A DNA stretch of 64,000 nt from Blastocatellia bacterium (GTDB taxonomy: Bacteria; Acidobacteriota; Blastocatellia; UBA7656): NCBI GenBank assembly GCA_963765495.1, contig CAVXWP010000008.1, positions 704,001 through 768,000 on the forward strand, read 5' to 3'. Position 1 is the stretch's first letter, and every line of letters starts with the position of its first letter. The position numbers were made by a program, and so were the translations under genes. The notes beneath the pieces are model-generated. The model did no database searches. It was not told the DNA's origin and worked only from the letters and a program-made list of their open reading frames with translations. Shown here in pieces: positions 17,351 through 27,990 of the stretch.

Positions 17351-20032
17351 ATGGTGACAGGGCAAAAAATTAGGATTTACGATCTGGCGAAGGAATTAAA
17401 GCTCGAAAACAAGCGCGTCATCGACGATGCACGGCGCGAGGGTATAGATGTGAGTGTGCCTTCAAACACGATTCCCTTAGAAGTAGCCGAGCGAATTCGC
17501 ACAAAGTACTTTCCCAAAAAGGCCGCGCCTTCCGCAGGCCCGCGCCTGGTCAAGGTTGTAAAGCGACCAAAACAGGATCAGGCCGCAACCGACGATGGCC
17601 ACTCGGAAGAGAGCCAGGAAGAGATAGCACCGGCTCCTGTCGTGAGGCCCAAAGAGAGTGCGCCGAAAGTGGAGCCCGAACCGGCAAGACCCGAAATCGC
17701 CAAACCGAAGGTCATCAAATTGAAGGCTGCTCCCGCGCCTCCGGTTGCTGCTGCCGAGGCAACAGCGCCTGCCGAAGAACCCGAAGCCGATGAAACACCT
17801 GTCGAACCGATCCAAACAGAAATGAATATACCACCCACTGAACCCGTGGCCGAGAAACAACCGGCCGCACTTCCGAAACCCGCGCCCGTTGTGCCGGACC
17901 AGCAGAGGTCGCGCACACAGGTGCGTGTATTGCGCCCGCAACCAGGCGTCACAATGCCGCCGCCGCCTTCCAGAGTCAGCGCTTCTTCACCGGGGAGAGC
18001 CGGGCTACGCCCTGCGGCTTCGACGGGGGCTGTCTCCCCTGACGGAGAAACCCCAAAACAGGCTCCGAGAACTACTTATATCCCACAGGACACGGGGCGA
18101 GGACGAAAGGGCAGGCGCAGAGGCAAGCGTCATCAACCCGAGGTCGGGCGTGAAGAAGGCAAACAACTGGAAGTTCCGCGTCATATGCGCGGTCCGGGAA
18201 CCGTAGTGCATCCAAAACAGAAGCCGGTTTTCTCTGAGCTTAAACCGATAAAGCTTATCGAAGGAACTACTCTAAAAGAGTTCTCCGAAAAGCTTGATGT
18301 AAAACCAAAGGATGTAGTGCAGGAATTACTGCGCAGGGGCGTTATGGCGACCATCAATCAAACTCTCAATGTAGAGATAGCCCAGGAAGTGGGCAAGGAG
18401 TTTGGGTTTGATGTCAGCTTCGCCCCCTTTGAAGAGATGATCAGCCTCGCCGAAGAGGAAAAGATGATCGAATCGGGCGAGGAAGAAGTCATGCCTCGCG
18501 CCCCTGTCGTCACCGTTATGGGGCACGTAGATCACGGCAAGACATCACTGCTCGATGCCATTCGATTTACTCACGTGGCCGAAGGCGAGGCCGGTGGAAT
18601 CACTCAACACATTGGCGCATATTCGGTAGACGTGCCGGACCCGGATGATCCTGAACAGAAACGCAATATAGTCTTTCTCGACACACCCGGTCACGAAGCC
18701 TTTACGATGATGCGTGCCAGAGGCGCTCGCGTCACAGATGTCGTCGTGCTGGTCGTCGCCGCAGATGACGGGGTTATGCCGCAAACTATCGAGGCAATAG
18801 ATCACGCGCAAGCGGCGGAAGTGCCTATTATTGTAGCCATAAACAAGATTGACAAACCCGACGCAAACCCCGACCGCGTGAAACAGGAACTTGCTGATCG
18901 CGGCTTGCTCTGGGACGGATGGGGTGGCCAGACCGTGATGGTAGAAGTTTCTGCCAAGCAAAAACATAACCTCGACGGTCTGCTGGAGATGATCATCCTG
19001 ACAAGCGATCTGCTGGAGTTGAAAGCCAACCCCGACCGCATCGCATCAGGCGTAGTCATAGAGGCGAAGCTTGATCGCGGACGAGGCTCTGTGGCCTCTG
19101 TTCTCGTTCAACAGGGTTCGCTCCGAATCGGAGACCCGTTTATCGTTGGCCAGGTATTTGGTCGCGTACGCGCAATGTTTGATGACCTTGGCCATAACGT
19201 TGAGGAAGTCGGTCCCTCGACCCCGGTCGAAGTCCTCGGATTACAGGGCGTTCCGCAGGCGGGCGATCAGTTTCAAGTGGTGAAAGACCCGACACAGGCT
19301 CAACATATCGCAAGCCAGCGCCAGATGGCTGCACGTCAGGCAGCTATCGCGCGCACAGCGGCTCGCGGGCTTGAGCAGCTCTTCAGCGACCAGAAACAGG
19401 TCAAGGAACTGCTCGTTATCCTAAAGGGGGACGTGCAGGGGTCGGTCGAAGCCGTCCGCGATGCGCTTAATAAGCTCTCAACCGAGCGCGTAAAGATTCG
19501 TATCATTCGTTCCGGCGTAGGCGCTATCACGGAATCCGACGTTATGCTGGCCGCGGCATCCTCAAAGGACATGAATCGCGCCTCGGTAATTATCGGGTTT
19601 AACGTGAGACCCGAATCGCGTGCGCGAGAGATTGCCGAAATCGAAGGGGTGGATATCCGTCTGCATACGATTATTTACAAAGTCGAAGAAGAGATCCGCA
19701 ACGCTATGCTCGGACTGCTTGAAGCCACCAAACGCGAGGTCATACTCGGCCACGCCGAAGTGCGACAGGTCTTCCGCGTTCCTCGTATAGGGCAGGTTGC
19801 GGGTTCGTATGTGACAGACGGCACGGTCAAACGTACAACGGCCCGCATCCTCCGCGACAACGTAGTGATACACGAAGGGCGTATTGATTCGCTCAGACGC
19901 ATCAAGGAAGATGTCGGCGAAGTCAAGCAGGGGTTTGAGTGTGGAATACTTCTGGAGCGATTCCAGGATGTGAAGGTTGGGGACGTAATCGAGGCGTATA
20001 CGACTGAAGAGGTGGCCCCTACTCAGTTATAG
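17351..20032 (+). CDS. infB: Translation initiation factor IF-2
   Basis: RIYDLAKEL N-terminus, GHVDHGKT, DTPGH, NKID, GFECGI. Confidence 0.98.
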   Translation: MVTGQKIRIYDLAKELKLENKRVIDDARREGIDVSVPSNTIPLEVAERIRTKYFPKKAAPSAGPRLVKVVKRPKQDQAATDDGHSEESQEEIAPAPVVRPKESAPKVEPEPARPEIAKPKVIKLKAAPAPPVAAAEATAPAEEPEADETPVEPIQTEMNIPPTEPVAEKQPAALPKPAPVVPDQQRSRTQVRVLRPQPGVTMPPPPSRVSASSPGRAGLRPAASTGAVSPDGETPKQAPRTTYIPQDTGRGRKGRRRGKRHQPEVGREEGKQLEVPRHMRGPGTVVHPKQKPVFSELKPIKLIEGTTLKEFSEKLDVKPKDVVQELLRRGVMATINQTLNVEIAQEVGKEFGFDVSFAPFEEMISLAEEEKMIESGEEEVMPRAPVVTVMGHVDHGKTSLLDAIRFTHVAEGEAGGITQHIGAYSVDVPDPDDPEQKRNIVFLDTPGHEAFTMMRARGARVTDVVVLVVAADDGVMPQTIEAIDHAQAAEVPIIVAINKIDKPDANPDRVKQELADRGLLWDGWGGQTVMVEVSAKQKHNLDGLLEMIILTSDLLELKANPDRIASGVVIEAKLDRGRGSVASVLVQQGSLRIGDPFIVGQVFGRVRAMFDDLGHNVEEVGPSTPVEVLGLQGVPQAGDQFQVVKDPTQAQHIASQRQMAARQAAIARTAARGLEQLFSDQKQVKELLVILKGDVQGSVEAVRDALNKLSTERVKIRIIRSGVGAITESDVMLAAASSKDMNRASVIIGFNVRPESRAREIAEIEGVDIRLHTIIYKVEEEIRNAMLGLLEATKREVILGHAEVRQVFRVPRIGQVAGSYVTDGTVKRTTARILRDNVVIHEGRIDSLRRIKEDVGEVKQGFECGILLERFQDVKVGDVIEAYTTEEVAPTQL

Positions 20033-20158
20033 GCGTTCCGATTCAGAATTCGAGTCGCCCTAAATGTCTTGTCCCTGTGAGCAAGGTCTGAAAGTTGCAA
20101 ATTTGGGTAAAGCGGGCTAATATCAAGGGTTCAAATAAGACCGGAACAGGCAACTGAA

Positions 20159-20566
20159 TTGAGCATACAGGGAAGAAGACCAGAACGAATAGCCGAACAG
20201 ATCAGGGAAGAGGTCACAATGATTATCGACGGCGACCTTGAAGACCCCAGAGTAGGTTCGGTAACGGTAACTGAGGTAAAGGTATCTCAAGACCTTCGCA
20301 ACGCGAAAATATATGTGAGCATCCTCGGCACAAAAGAGGAGGCCGCCGAATCGCTTGAGGCGCTCAAACACGCGGCGGGTTTCATAAGGCGAATGCTGGG
20401 CGCGGTAATGAGGATAAAGTATACGCCGGAACTGCAATTCGTATACGACGATACGGACGAAAAAGCGACACGGATCGAGGAATTATTAAAGGAGGAGGTT
20501 GTAAAGGCGCAGGAACGCGAGCGTAATGAGGAACAGGATCAGGAACCGCTCGAACCGGGTACCTGA
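20159..20566 (+). CDS. rbfA: Ribosome-binding factor A
   Basis: RPERIAEQIREE, DPRVGSVTVTEV, YTPELQFVYD. TTG start. Confidence 0.95.
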   Translation: MSIQGRRPERIAEQIREEVTMIIDGDLEDPRVGSVTVTEVKVSQDLRNAKIYVSILGTKEEAAESLEALKHAAGFIRRMLGAVMRIKYTPELQFVYDDTDEKATRIEELLKEEVVKAQERERNEEQDQEPLEPGT

Positions 20567-20639
20567 TTAAGCTCTACCATCAAACACAAGGTAGAATAAA
20601 CTTCCTAAGAGAACACATAACGCGCTCGAATCTTCGCCG

Positions 20640-21617
20640 GTGGGTAAGACTATGCTCAGTGAAGTAGTTCAGCTTATCGAACGGAAGCAGTATTTCATGA
20701 TCACTTCTCATATCCGGCCCGATGGTGACGGTCTTGGAAGCGGACTTGCCCTTTACTGGATGCTCAAAAGCCTGGGCAAGCACGCCGATGTAGTATTGAG
20801 CGACCGCGTACCGCCCGCATACATGATCTTACCGGGAGCGGATCGCGTTATCGTACAACCGGATGTGACCGAAAAATATGACGCGGCCTTTATTATCGAA
20901 TGCAGTGACGTGAATCGCCCCGGCCTTCCCGGTCTAAACAATCAATTCGTCGTAAACATAGATCATCACTCCACAACCGAGGCATTCGGCGACATCAACT
21001 GGATTGACTCCACGGCGGCAGCCGTCGGGGAGATGATCTATAACCTTTGCAAAGCGCTCGGGGTAGAGGTAACAAAAGAGATAGCCGATTGCATCTACAC
21101 GGCGTTGCTTACGGATACGGGCAGCTTTCATTTTTCAAACACTACAGAAAGAACCTTAAAAATTGCCTCGGAACTGGTGCGGCGCGGAGTTGAGCCCGCG
21201 AAGATTTCCGAGGCGTTGTTCTATTCAAATCCGTTCTCAAAAATACTTCTGCTGGGGCTTGTGCTTTCGACCATCGAGCGTGACGAATCGGGGAGGATCG
21301 CGTGGGTCACGCTCGACCGTGAATTGATGTATGCGGCCGACGCCGCCGAAGAAGACGCCGACGGAATAGTCAATCACGCTCTCTCGGTTGGCGAAGTCGA
21401 AGCTGTAGCCTTCTTTAAGGAGCTTTCACCCGGCATCTACAGAATAAGTCTGAGGTCAAAAGGCAAAAACAACGTGGCAAAGGTGGCAGAGACTTTTGGC
21501 GGGGGGGGGCATAGAAATGCCGCTGGATGTCGTATCGAGGGCAGCCTTGAAGATGTTAAACGCCGTGTGATCGAAGGATTACAGGCCGCGATAGGAGTCG
21601 CGCCCGTCTCCGCCTGA
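20640..21617 (+). CDS. nrnA: DHH/DHHA1 phosphoesterase (NrnA-like oligoribonuclease / pAp phosphatase)
   Basis: HIRPDGD, NIDHH, TDTGSF, SLRS, GGGGHRNAAG. Conserved position after rbfA. Confidence 0.9.
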   Translation: MGKTMLSEVVQLIERKQYFMITSHIRPDGDGLGSGLALYWMLKSLGKHADVVLSDRVPPAYMILPGADRVIVQPDVTEKYDAAFIIECSDVNRPGLPGLNNQFVVNIDHHSTTEAFGDINWIDSTAAAVGEMIYNLCKALGVEVTKEIADCIYTALLTDTGSFHFSNTTERTLKIASELVRRGVEPAKISEALFYSNPFSKILLLGLVLSTIERDESGRIAWVTLDRELMYAADAAEEDADGIVNHALSVGEVEAVAFFKELSPGIYRISLRSKGKNNVAKVAETFGGGGHRNAAGCRIEGSLEDVKRRVIEGLQAAIGVAPVSA

Positions 21618-21669
21618 GAGGGTGTGAAATTATCTTTTCAATGAATACCTGCCCGGCCCTTTGGTGAAT

Positions 21670-24123
21670 CTATTGGGTGAGAGCCTCCCATTTGACTCTC
21701 AACTCTTCCATGACTTCAATGAAACGTGGCTCTTCACGCAGGGGCCCCCAGTTTGGGTTGGCCATGAACCAGGGATAATTCTCGTTACCCATCGAGATGG
21801 CCCGCTTGATCCATTCAATCGCTTCATCTGTCATAGCGTCCAGTGCATAAAGCGATGCCAGCCAGTAAGCGATATCCTGATCTGCCAGCGCGCTTGCGAT
21901 CACGCGCTTCCCTATCAGCCCGAAAGCCCTCTCGCGCTCGCCGCGAGACAGATAACAATACGCAAGCAGGACGTTGTGAGCGTGTATATCCGGGTTTTTC
22001 TGCACGACATCTTCGAGCACCATCGTGGCTTTTTCGATCTCGCCTCTGTAATAATCGAGGACTCCGCTACGAGACCGTAACCCCGGGTGATTTGGCTCAA
22101 ACATAAGCCCCATTGCTATCTCGGCTTCTGCCTTCTCGTAATCCTGCTGGTAAATAAAGATTCGAGTCCGATTGAAACTGGCATAGACGACTTCGGTAGG
22201 GTTGATCGAAAGAAAACGGTCCCATTCACGGAGCGCGCGTACATACTGTCCTGAGAGACGATAAACATAGGCCGCCGTCGAGTGCACCGAGGGCTCGTTG
22301 GGAGCCCTCCGCAGCAGTCTGCGAATATCTTTCCGTGCCTTCTCGGACTGCCCGTTTATAAGGTCGATGTATACAAGCCTGACGCGCGGCTCGACGAGTT
22401 TCGGATCGATTGTCAGCGCCGTATCAAATGCCTCTTTTGCCTTTTGATCATACTCGACCCCCCCGATGCCTTTCAGTACATAGTTGAGAAAGCAAAGCCC
22501 CAATCCGCTATATGCAAGCGCAAAATCCTGATCGAGTTCTATCGCCTTCTTGAACAGGGTGACTGCCATCTTCAAATCAACTACATCGAGCGTCTGGGTA
22601 AGGAACTTGTACAGGATGGTTCGCCCTCGCAGGTAGTGCTCATAGGCTTCGGCGTTTTGCGTAGGCGATTTGATCAAACGTTCCTGCTCGGTCGAAGAGG
22701 TTCGGACCCTAAGTCCTTCGACAATCTGTCGAGTGATTTTGTCCTGGACGCTGATTATATCCCTGGCATCAACATCTATCTTTTCGCTCCAAAGGATTTC
22801 ACCCGATATCACATCAAGCAGTTGCGGAGTGACGCGGAAACGGTCGCCTGCTTTTATATAACCGCCTACGAGCACTGAATCCACGGCAAGCTGGTTTCCT
22901 ACATCTCGCGGGTCTACGTCCTTATTCTGGTACTGGATAATGTAGGAAGAAGGACGGACAATCAAATCGCGCAACTGGGCAAGTTCGGTAATCACGCTGT
23001 CGGCCAGACTGAAACTGTAAAAATCGTTTTCGGGATTGCCGGAAAGGTTTTTGAAAGGGAGGATCGCAATGGCCTTCTTATCACGCGATTGCCACAGTGA
23101 AGGCGTTATGTCGGGCGTCGCCGACGGGGTGCCGCTCGAATCTTCTTTGGCAAGAGAGCCGGTGTTAAAGGTGCGCTGAACCCAGTGAGTCATCTTGTCG
23201 AGAAACCCTTTTGGTTTCGGAGGCATCCGCGAAGCATGGAGGCTTGCGGCCTTGTCGGTCGGGATGACGCCTTTTTCGTTATAGTGCGTGCGGACCATTG
23301 CGCGCAAATCTTCCAGCATCTGGTCGGCGGTTTGATACCTGGCAGACGGGTTCTTGCCCATCGCCTTCAAAACGATCTGCTGGAATTTCACGGGCACATC
23401 TTCATTGAATGGAGGCGGGTCGTCGTGCACAACGGCGTGCATCACGTCTACGGACGACTTGGCCTTGAACGGAAGCCGCCCGTTTACCATCTCGTACATC
23501 ACCACGCCAAGCGAAAAAATGTCGGAACGGGAATCGGCGCGCTCCCCTTTGGCCTGTTCCGGCGACATGTAGCTTGCCGTGCCAAAGGGTGAGCCTACCT
23601 GTGTCAACTCGACAGATCCGCCCGCTTCCCCGCCCGCTCGCTGATCGGTCGTTTTCATCAGCTTGGCCAGCCCGAAATCGAGTATCTTCACCTGATTCCG
23701 CTCATTGAGCATGATATTTGAGGATTTGATATCGCGATGGATCACGTTGCGGTGATGGGCTTCTGCAAGGGCGTCGGCGAGTTGTAAAGAGAATTCCAGG
23801 GCCTGATCAATCGGGAGAGGTCGCCCCCCGATGTACTTCTTCAATGTCTTCCCGTCGACATACTGCATGACAAAGAAGAGCAGGTCTTCGACTTCGTTGA
23901 TCTCATATACAGCGCAGATATTCGGGTGGTCTATGGCTGAGGCGGCGCGAGCTTCTCTAAGAAACCGGGCTCGCGCCTTATCGTCGCCAACAAGATCGGC
24001 GGCAAGCACCTTGACGGCCACACTTCTATGCAGCTTCGTATCTTCGGCCTTGTATACTATCCCCATCCCGCCTTTGCCAATCTCTTTGAGAATGCGGTAA
24101 TGAAGTATAGTTTTTCCAACCAT
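21670..24123 (-). CDS. Hanks-type Ser/Thr protein kinase with TolB_N-like domain and TPR repeats (no TM segment seen)
   Basis: GKGGMG, VAVK, HRDIKSSN, DFG, YMSPE, then IAILPFKNL..PEND and a TPR array. Confidence 0.93.
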   Translation of the reverse strand: MVGKTILHYRILKEIGKGGMGIVYKAEDTKLHRSVAVKVLAADLVGDDKARARFLREARAASAIDHPNICAVYEINEVEDLLFFVMQYVDGKTLKKYIGGRPLPIDQALEFSLQLADALAEAHHRNVIHRDIKSSNIMLNERNQVKILDFGLAKLMKTTDQRAGGEAGGSVELTQVGSPFGTASYMSPEQAKGERADSRSDIFSLGVVMYEMVNGRLPFKAKSSVDVMHAVVHDDPPPFNEDVPVKFQQIVLKAMGKNPSARYQTADQMLEDLRAMVRTHYNEKGVIPTDKAASLHASRMPPKPKGFLDKMTHWVQRTFNTGSLAKEDSSGTPSATPDITPSLWQSRDKKAIAILPFKNLSGNPENDFYSFSLADSVITELAQLRDLIVRPSSYIIQYQNKDVDPRDVGNQLAVDSVLVGGYIKAGDRFRVTPQLLDVISGEILWSEKIDVDARDIISVQDKITRQIVEGLRVRTSSTEQERLIKSPTQNAEAYEHYLRGRTILYKFLTQTLDVVDLKMAVTLFKKAIELDQDFALAYSGLGLCFLNYVLKGIGGVEYDQKAKEAFDTALTIDPKLVEPRVRLVYIDLINGQSEKARKDIRRLLRRAPNEPSVHSTAAYVYRLSGQYVRALREWDRFLSINPTEVVYASFNRTRIFIYQQDYEKAEAEIAMGLMFEPNHPGLRSRSGVLDYYRGEIEKATMVLEDVVQKNPDIHAHNVLLAYCYLSRGERERAFGLIGKRVIASALADQDIAYWLASLYALDAMTDEAIEWIKRAISMGNENYPWFMANPNWGPLREEPRFIEVMEELRVKWEALTQ

Positions 24124-24260
24124 GTGTTTGAACCTGAGCGCAGTTTGGGCGCAGAAGCCGATTCCAATTCACAAAGTCAAACAACCGCCCGGGAATCGTA
24201 TTCCTCATCGTTATTATACACAGCCCCGTAGCGGTCGGAAAGCCGAAGCATTATCTCGGC

Positions 24261-24421
24261 CGGAGCCATTCAGTTCTTGAGTTGAGGGTAATTAGGCGGA
24301 AAAAATATTAAAGGTTGATTTGACGCAATGGCGAGTTGATTCCCTTTATCCCTTTCTACATATTGGAAAACTGAATGACCCTGAATCTCGGCAGGGACAA
24401 TTTGAGAATTAGATGACCCTG
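24261..24421. repeat. Composite intergenic repeat, copy 2 (21-mer plus degenerate inverted and direct copies)
   Basis: TTGGAAAACTGAATGACCCTG at 24363-24383, a degenerate inverted copy at 24261-24281 and a degenerate direct copy at 24401-24421. Confidence 0.65.
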
Positions 24422-24430
24422 ATCTTGTAG

Positions 24431-24445
24431 GTTCTGTTGCTGGTC
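24431..24445 (+). promoter_or_regulatory. Candidate LexA (SOS) box upstream of uvrA
   Basis: GTTC-TGTTGCT-GGTC, one mismatch from the GTTC-N7-GTTC box reported for Acidobacterium capsulatum and Alphaproteobacteria. Confidence 0.35.
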
Positions 24446-24503
24446 AGTTACAATAATATCTTTGCTTAATATACAAATTCGCTACCATGATACCCAGGGA
24501 AAG

Positions 24504-27323
24504 ATGGCAATTAATAAGATTACAGTGCGCGGAGCCAGACAACACAACCTCAAGGATGTCAGCCTGGAGATACCCCGAAACCGCCTGACGGTTGTCACTG
24601 GCCTTTCGGGGTCAGGCAAATCGAGTCTCGCCTTTGACACAATCTATGCCGAGGGCCAGCGCCGGTATGTGGAATCATTATCAGCTTATGCCCGCCAGTT
24701 TCTCGATCAACTTGAGAAGCCCGATGTTGATGCGATTGAAGGGCTGTCGCCCGCCATTTCCATCGAGCAGAAGACTACCAACCGCAGTCCCCGCTCAACC
24801 GTAGGCACGGTCACGGAAATCTATGATTACCTGCGGCTGCTCTTCTCTTCGATAGGCCAGCCACACTGTTATAGCTGCGGGCGGCCCATTTCGCGACAAT
24901 CCATCGACCAGATCGTGCAGCAGTTGAACCACCTGCCCGAAGGCGAACGCGTTATGATACTCGCGCCCCTCGTCCGTGGACGCAAGGGTGAATTCAAGAC
25001 CGACCTTGATAAGTTGTCCCGTTCCGGTTTCACTCGCGCCCGGATTGACGGCGAGATACGACAACTCGATGAAGAGATCAAACTCGACAGGCGACGAAAT
25101 CATACTATAGAAGTCGTGATTGATCGGTTGCTGGTCAAGCCGGGGGTTCAAAAACGACTGGAGGAGGGCGTGCAGCTTGCCGTAAAGCTGACCGGCGGAC
25201 TCGTGATGATCTCGGTCGTAGACGGCGAGGAGCGCCTTTACTCCGAGAGAATGGCCTGCCCCGAATGCGGAATCTCCGTTCCCGCGCTCGAACCTCGCTC
25301 GTTCTCTTTCAATTCCGTTTACGGAGCCTGCCCGACCTGTCATGGACTCGGCACACGGGCCGAAGTTGACCCGGCAAAGATAGTTCCCGACCCAATCCTT
25401 CCCATAAAAGATCAAAACCCTTTCCCTGCCGACAGGGCGATCAGCAATTATTTGCGCGATGTGATGAAGGCAATTGCAACCCAGTATGATTTGTCCACAA
25501 ATTCGCCTTTCTCTGACCTGCCGCAAAAGGCGCAGGACGCATTTTTTCAGGGGACAAAAGAGAAACTCACCCTTCGCTATGGAGCATATGAGTATAATGC
25601 CGAATGGAAGGGAGCCATCGCCTATCTGCGAAACCGCGTTGACCAGATGAAAACCGAATCGGCCGTGGATGCATTTGAGGCGCTGGTATCTCAGGTCATC
25701 TGCCCGCAATGCAACGGCCATCGGTTGCAACCTGCCTCGCTGGCCGTTCGAGTGGCGGGTCGAACTATTGCCGAGTACACCGCGCTGCCGATCTCTGAGT
25801 CGGTAAAGGTCTTCAAAAAAATAGAACTCGACGCCCGCGAAGAAAGGATAGCCGGGCTCATCCTTCGCGAGATTCAACAACGACTGAGTTTTCTCGAAAC
25901 TGTCGGGCTTGGCTACATAACGCTTGATCGAGCCTCGGCAACCCTTTCGGGCGGCGAAGGCCAGAGGATAAGACTGGCAACGCAGATAGGGTCGCAATTG
26001 CGCGGCGTGCTTTATGTGCTCGATGAGCCTTCGATAGGACTTCACCCCCGCGATAATCTCAAACTGCTCGAAACGCTCGAACACCTGCGCGATCTCGGGA
26101 ATACGGTTCTTGTCGTAGAGCACGACGAGGAGACAATACGTCGAGCCGATCACGTGATTGATCTCGGACCCGGCGCAGGCGCTCACGGCGGCGAACTGGT
26201 AGCGGAAGGGACACCAGAACAGGTCACGGCAACCCCGGGCTCGATTACGGGCCAGTATCTGTCCGGCAAGATGACTATTCCCGTCCCCGAGGAGCGAAGA
26301 CAATCTAACGGAAAAGCTATAAAGGTTCTGGGTGCACAGGCCAATAATCTGAAAAATATCGATGTAGCATTTCCTCTGGGACTCTTCCTTGTTGTGACCG
26401 GCGTTTCCGGTTCCGGCAAATCAACGCTTGTTGAAGACATTCTCTATCACAGTCTTGCAAAACGAATCTACAAGAGCCTGACCGAACCGGGAGAACATCA
26501 GGCGGTCGAGGGTCTGGAATACATTGACAAGGTAATAGAGATCGACCAGTCGCCCATCGGACGCACTCCGAGATCGAATCCTGCGACATATACGGGGGTC
26601 TTCACACCCATTCGTGAACTATACGCGATGCTTCCCGAATCGCGCGAACGAGGGTACAAACCGGGTCGTTTCTCGTTCAACGTGAAGGGCGGCAGGTGCG
26701 AGACCTGTCAGGGCGAGGGCCTTAAACGCATCGAGATGAACTTTCTGCCTGACGTGTATGTTCTGTGCGATGTTTGCCGGGGCGCTCGATATAACCGCGA
26801 AACCCTCTCGGTGCGTTATAAGGGGCTCTCAATCGCTGACCTGCTCGACAAAACCGTTGAGGAAGCCCTCCCCGTACTCGAAAACATTCCGCAGATAAAC
26901 AATAAATTGCAGACGCTTATTGATGTGGGATTGAGCTACATAAAGCTTGGCCAGTCGGCGACCACGCTTTCAGGAGGCGAGGCGCAGCGAATAAAGCTTG
27001 CCAAAGAATTGTCAAAGCGCGCCACGGGGCGCACGCTTTATATACTCGATGAACCAACTACAGGGCTTCATTTCGAAGATGTTCGCAAGCTGCTTGATGT
27101 GCTTCACAAGCTGGTATCACGCGGCAACACGGTGCTTGTGGTCGAGCACAACCTCGATGTGATCAAGAGCGCCGACTGGATAATCGATCTCGGCCCGGAG
27201 GGCGGCGAGCACGGCGGTCGCGTGGTCGCCGAAGGCACGCCGGAGGATGTCGCGCGATGCCGCCGGTCCTACACCGGGCAGGCTCTGCGCCCGGTCTTGA
27301 ACGGACATAGTAAAACCAGATGA
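24504..27323 (+). CDS. uvrA: Excinuclease ABC subunit A
   Basis: [17 protein letters not shown], zinc fingers, two LSGGE signatures, GVSGSGKST. Start moved to ATG 24504. Confidence 0.98.
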   Translation: MAINKITVRGARQHNLKDVSLEIPRNRLTVVTGLSGSGKSSLAFDTIYAEGQRRYVESLSAYARQFLDQLEKPDVDAIEGLSPAISIEQKTTNRSPRSTVGTVTEIYDYLRLLFSSIGQPHCYSCGRPISRQSIDQIVQQLNHLPEGERVMILAPLVRGRKGEFKTDLDKLSRSGFTRARIDGEIRQLDEEIKLDRRRNHTIEVVIDRLLVKPGVQKRLEEGVQLAVKLTGGLVMISVVDGEERLYSERMACPECGISVPALEPRSFSFNSVYGACPTCHGLGTRAEVDPAKIVPDPILPIKDQNPFPADRAISNYLRDVMKAIATQYDLSTNSPFSDLPQKAQDAFFQGTKEKLTLRYGAYEYNAEWKGAIAYLRNRVDQMKTESAVDAFEALVSQVICPQCNGHRLQPASLAVRVAGRTIAEYTALPISESVKVFKKIELDAREERIAGLILREIQQRLSFLETVGLGYITLDRASATLSGGEGQRIRLATQIGSQLRGVLYVLDEPSIGLHPRDNLKLLETLEHLRDLGNTVLVVEHDEETIRRADHVIDLGPGAGAHGGELVAEGTPEQVTATPGSITGQYLSGKMTIPVPEERRQSNGKAIKVLGAQANNLKNIDVAFPLGLFLVVTGVSGSGKSTLVEDILYHSLAKRIYKSLTEPGEHQAVEGLEYIDKVIEIDQSPIGRTPRSNPATYTGVFTPIRELYAMLPESRERGYKPGRFSFNVKGGRCETCQGEGLKRIEMNFLPDVYVLCDVCRGARYNRETLSVRYKGLSIADLLDKTVEEALPVLENIPQINNKLQTLIDVGLSYIKLGQSATTLSGGEAQRIKLAKELSKRATGRTLYILDEPTTGLHFEDVRKLLDVLHKLVSRGNTVLVVEHNLDVIKSADWIIDLGPEGGEHGGRVVAEGTPEDVARCRRSYTGQALRPVLNGHSKTR

Positions 27324-27402
27324 GGATAATGCAGGGCCATTGCCGGATCGCAGCAACCCGCCTTGTTTTTTGCGATCTCAGAAAATAGACTACGCGGAAT
27401 AT

Positions 27403-27987
27403 ATGATTGAACGCATACAGCAGATGGCTCGTGAGAGCGGCGAGGTCAAACGTGACTTCTTCCAGTCTCAATCATACCTGGTTGAGCAGGCGGCTCGTAC
27501 TTTGATCGAAGCCATTTCAAGAGGCGGAAAGGTTCTGGTCTTTGGCAATGGAGGCTCGGCGGCAGATGCTCAACACATCGCAGCGGAACTGGTCAATCGC
27601 CTGAATCACGACCGACCGCCCATTGCTGCAATCGCTTTGACAACCGATACTTCGATCCTCACTTCAATCGGCAATGATACCTCTTTCGATGAACTGTTCG
27701 CCCGTCAGGTGCGCGCGCTCGGTCGCCCGGAAGATGTGGCTCTTGCCATCTCTACCAGCGGCAACTCTCCAAACGTTCTGCTCGCCGTAGAAGCCGCGCG
27801 TGCGATTGGCATAAGGACAATCGGGCTTGCCGGGCGTGATGGTGGACAGCTTGCCGGACTTGTTGACGTAGCTCTCGTCGTAGGATCAAAGTCTACACAA
27901 CGCATTCAGGAGACACATATTACAATCGGACATATCCTTTGCGAACTGATCGAGGATGCGCTTTATCCGGCAGAGGAGCGGGGTTGA
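27403..27987 (+). CDS. gmhA: D-sedoheptulose 7-phosphate isomerase
   Basis: FGNGGSAADAQH, IGND, ISTSGNSPN, RIQETH. Confidence 0.95.
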   Translation: MIERIQQMARESGEVKRDFFQSQSYLVEQAARTLIEAISRGGKVLVFGNGGSAADAQHIAAELVNRLNHDRPPIAAIALTTDTSILTSIGNDTSFDELFARQVRALGRPEDVALAISTSGNSPNVLLAVEAARAIGIRTIGLAGRDGGQLAGLVDVALVVGSKSTQRIQETHITIGHILCELIEDALYPAEERG

Positions 27988-27990
27988 GCG

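Noticed and set aside
24795-26303. 502-aa ORF antisense to uvrA
   Set aside because: It lies entirely opposite a highly conserved gene and has no recognisable motifs, so it is treated as a codon-bias shadow ORF. The same applies to other antisense ORFs such as 58708..59529, 34872..35501 and 22282..22878.
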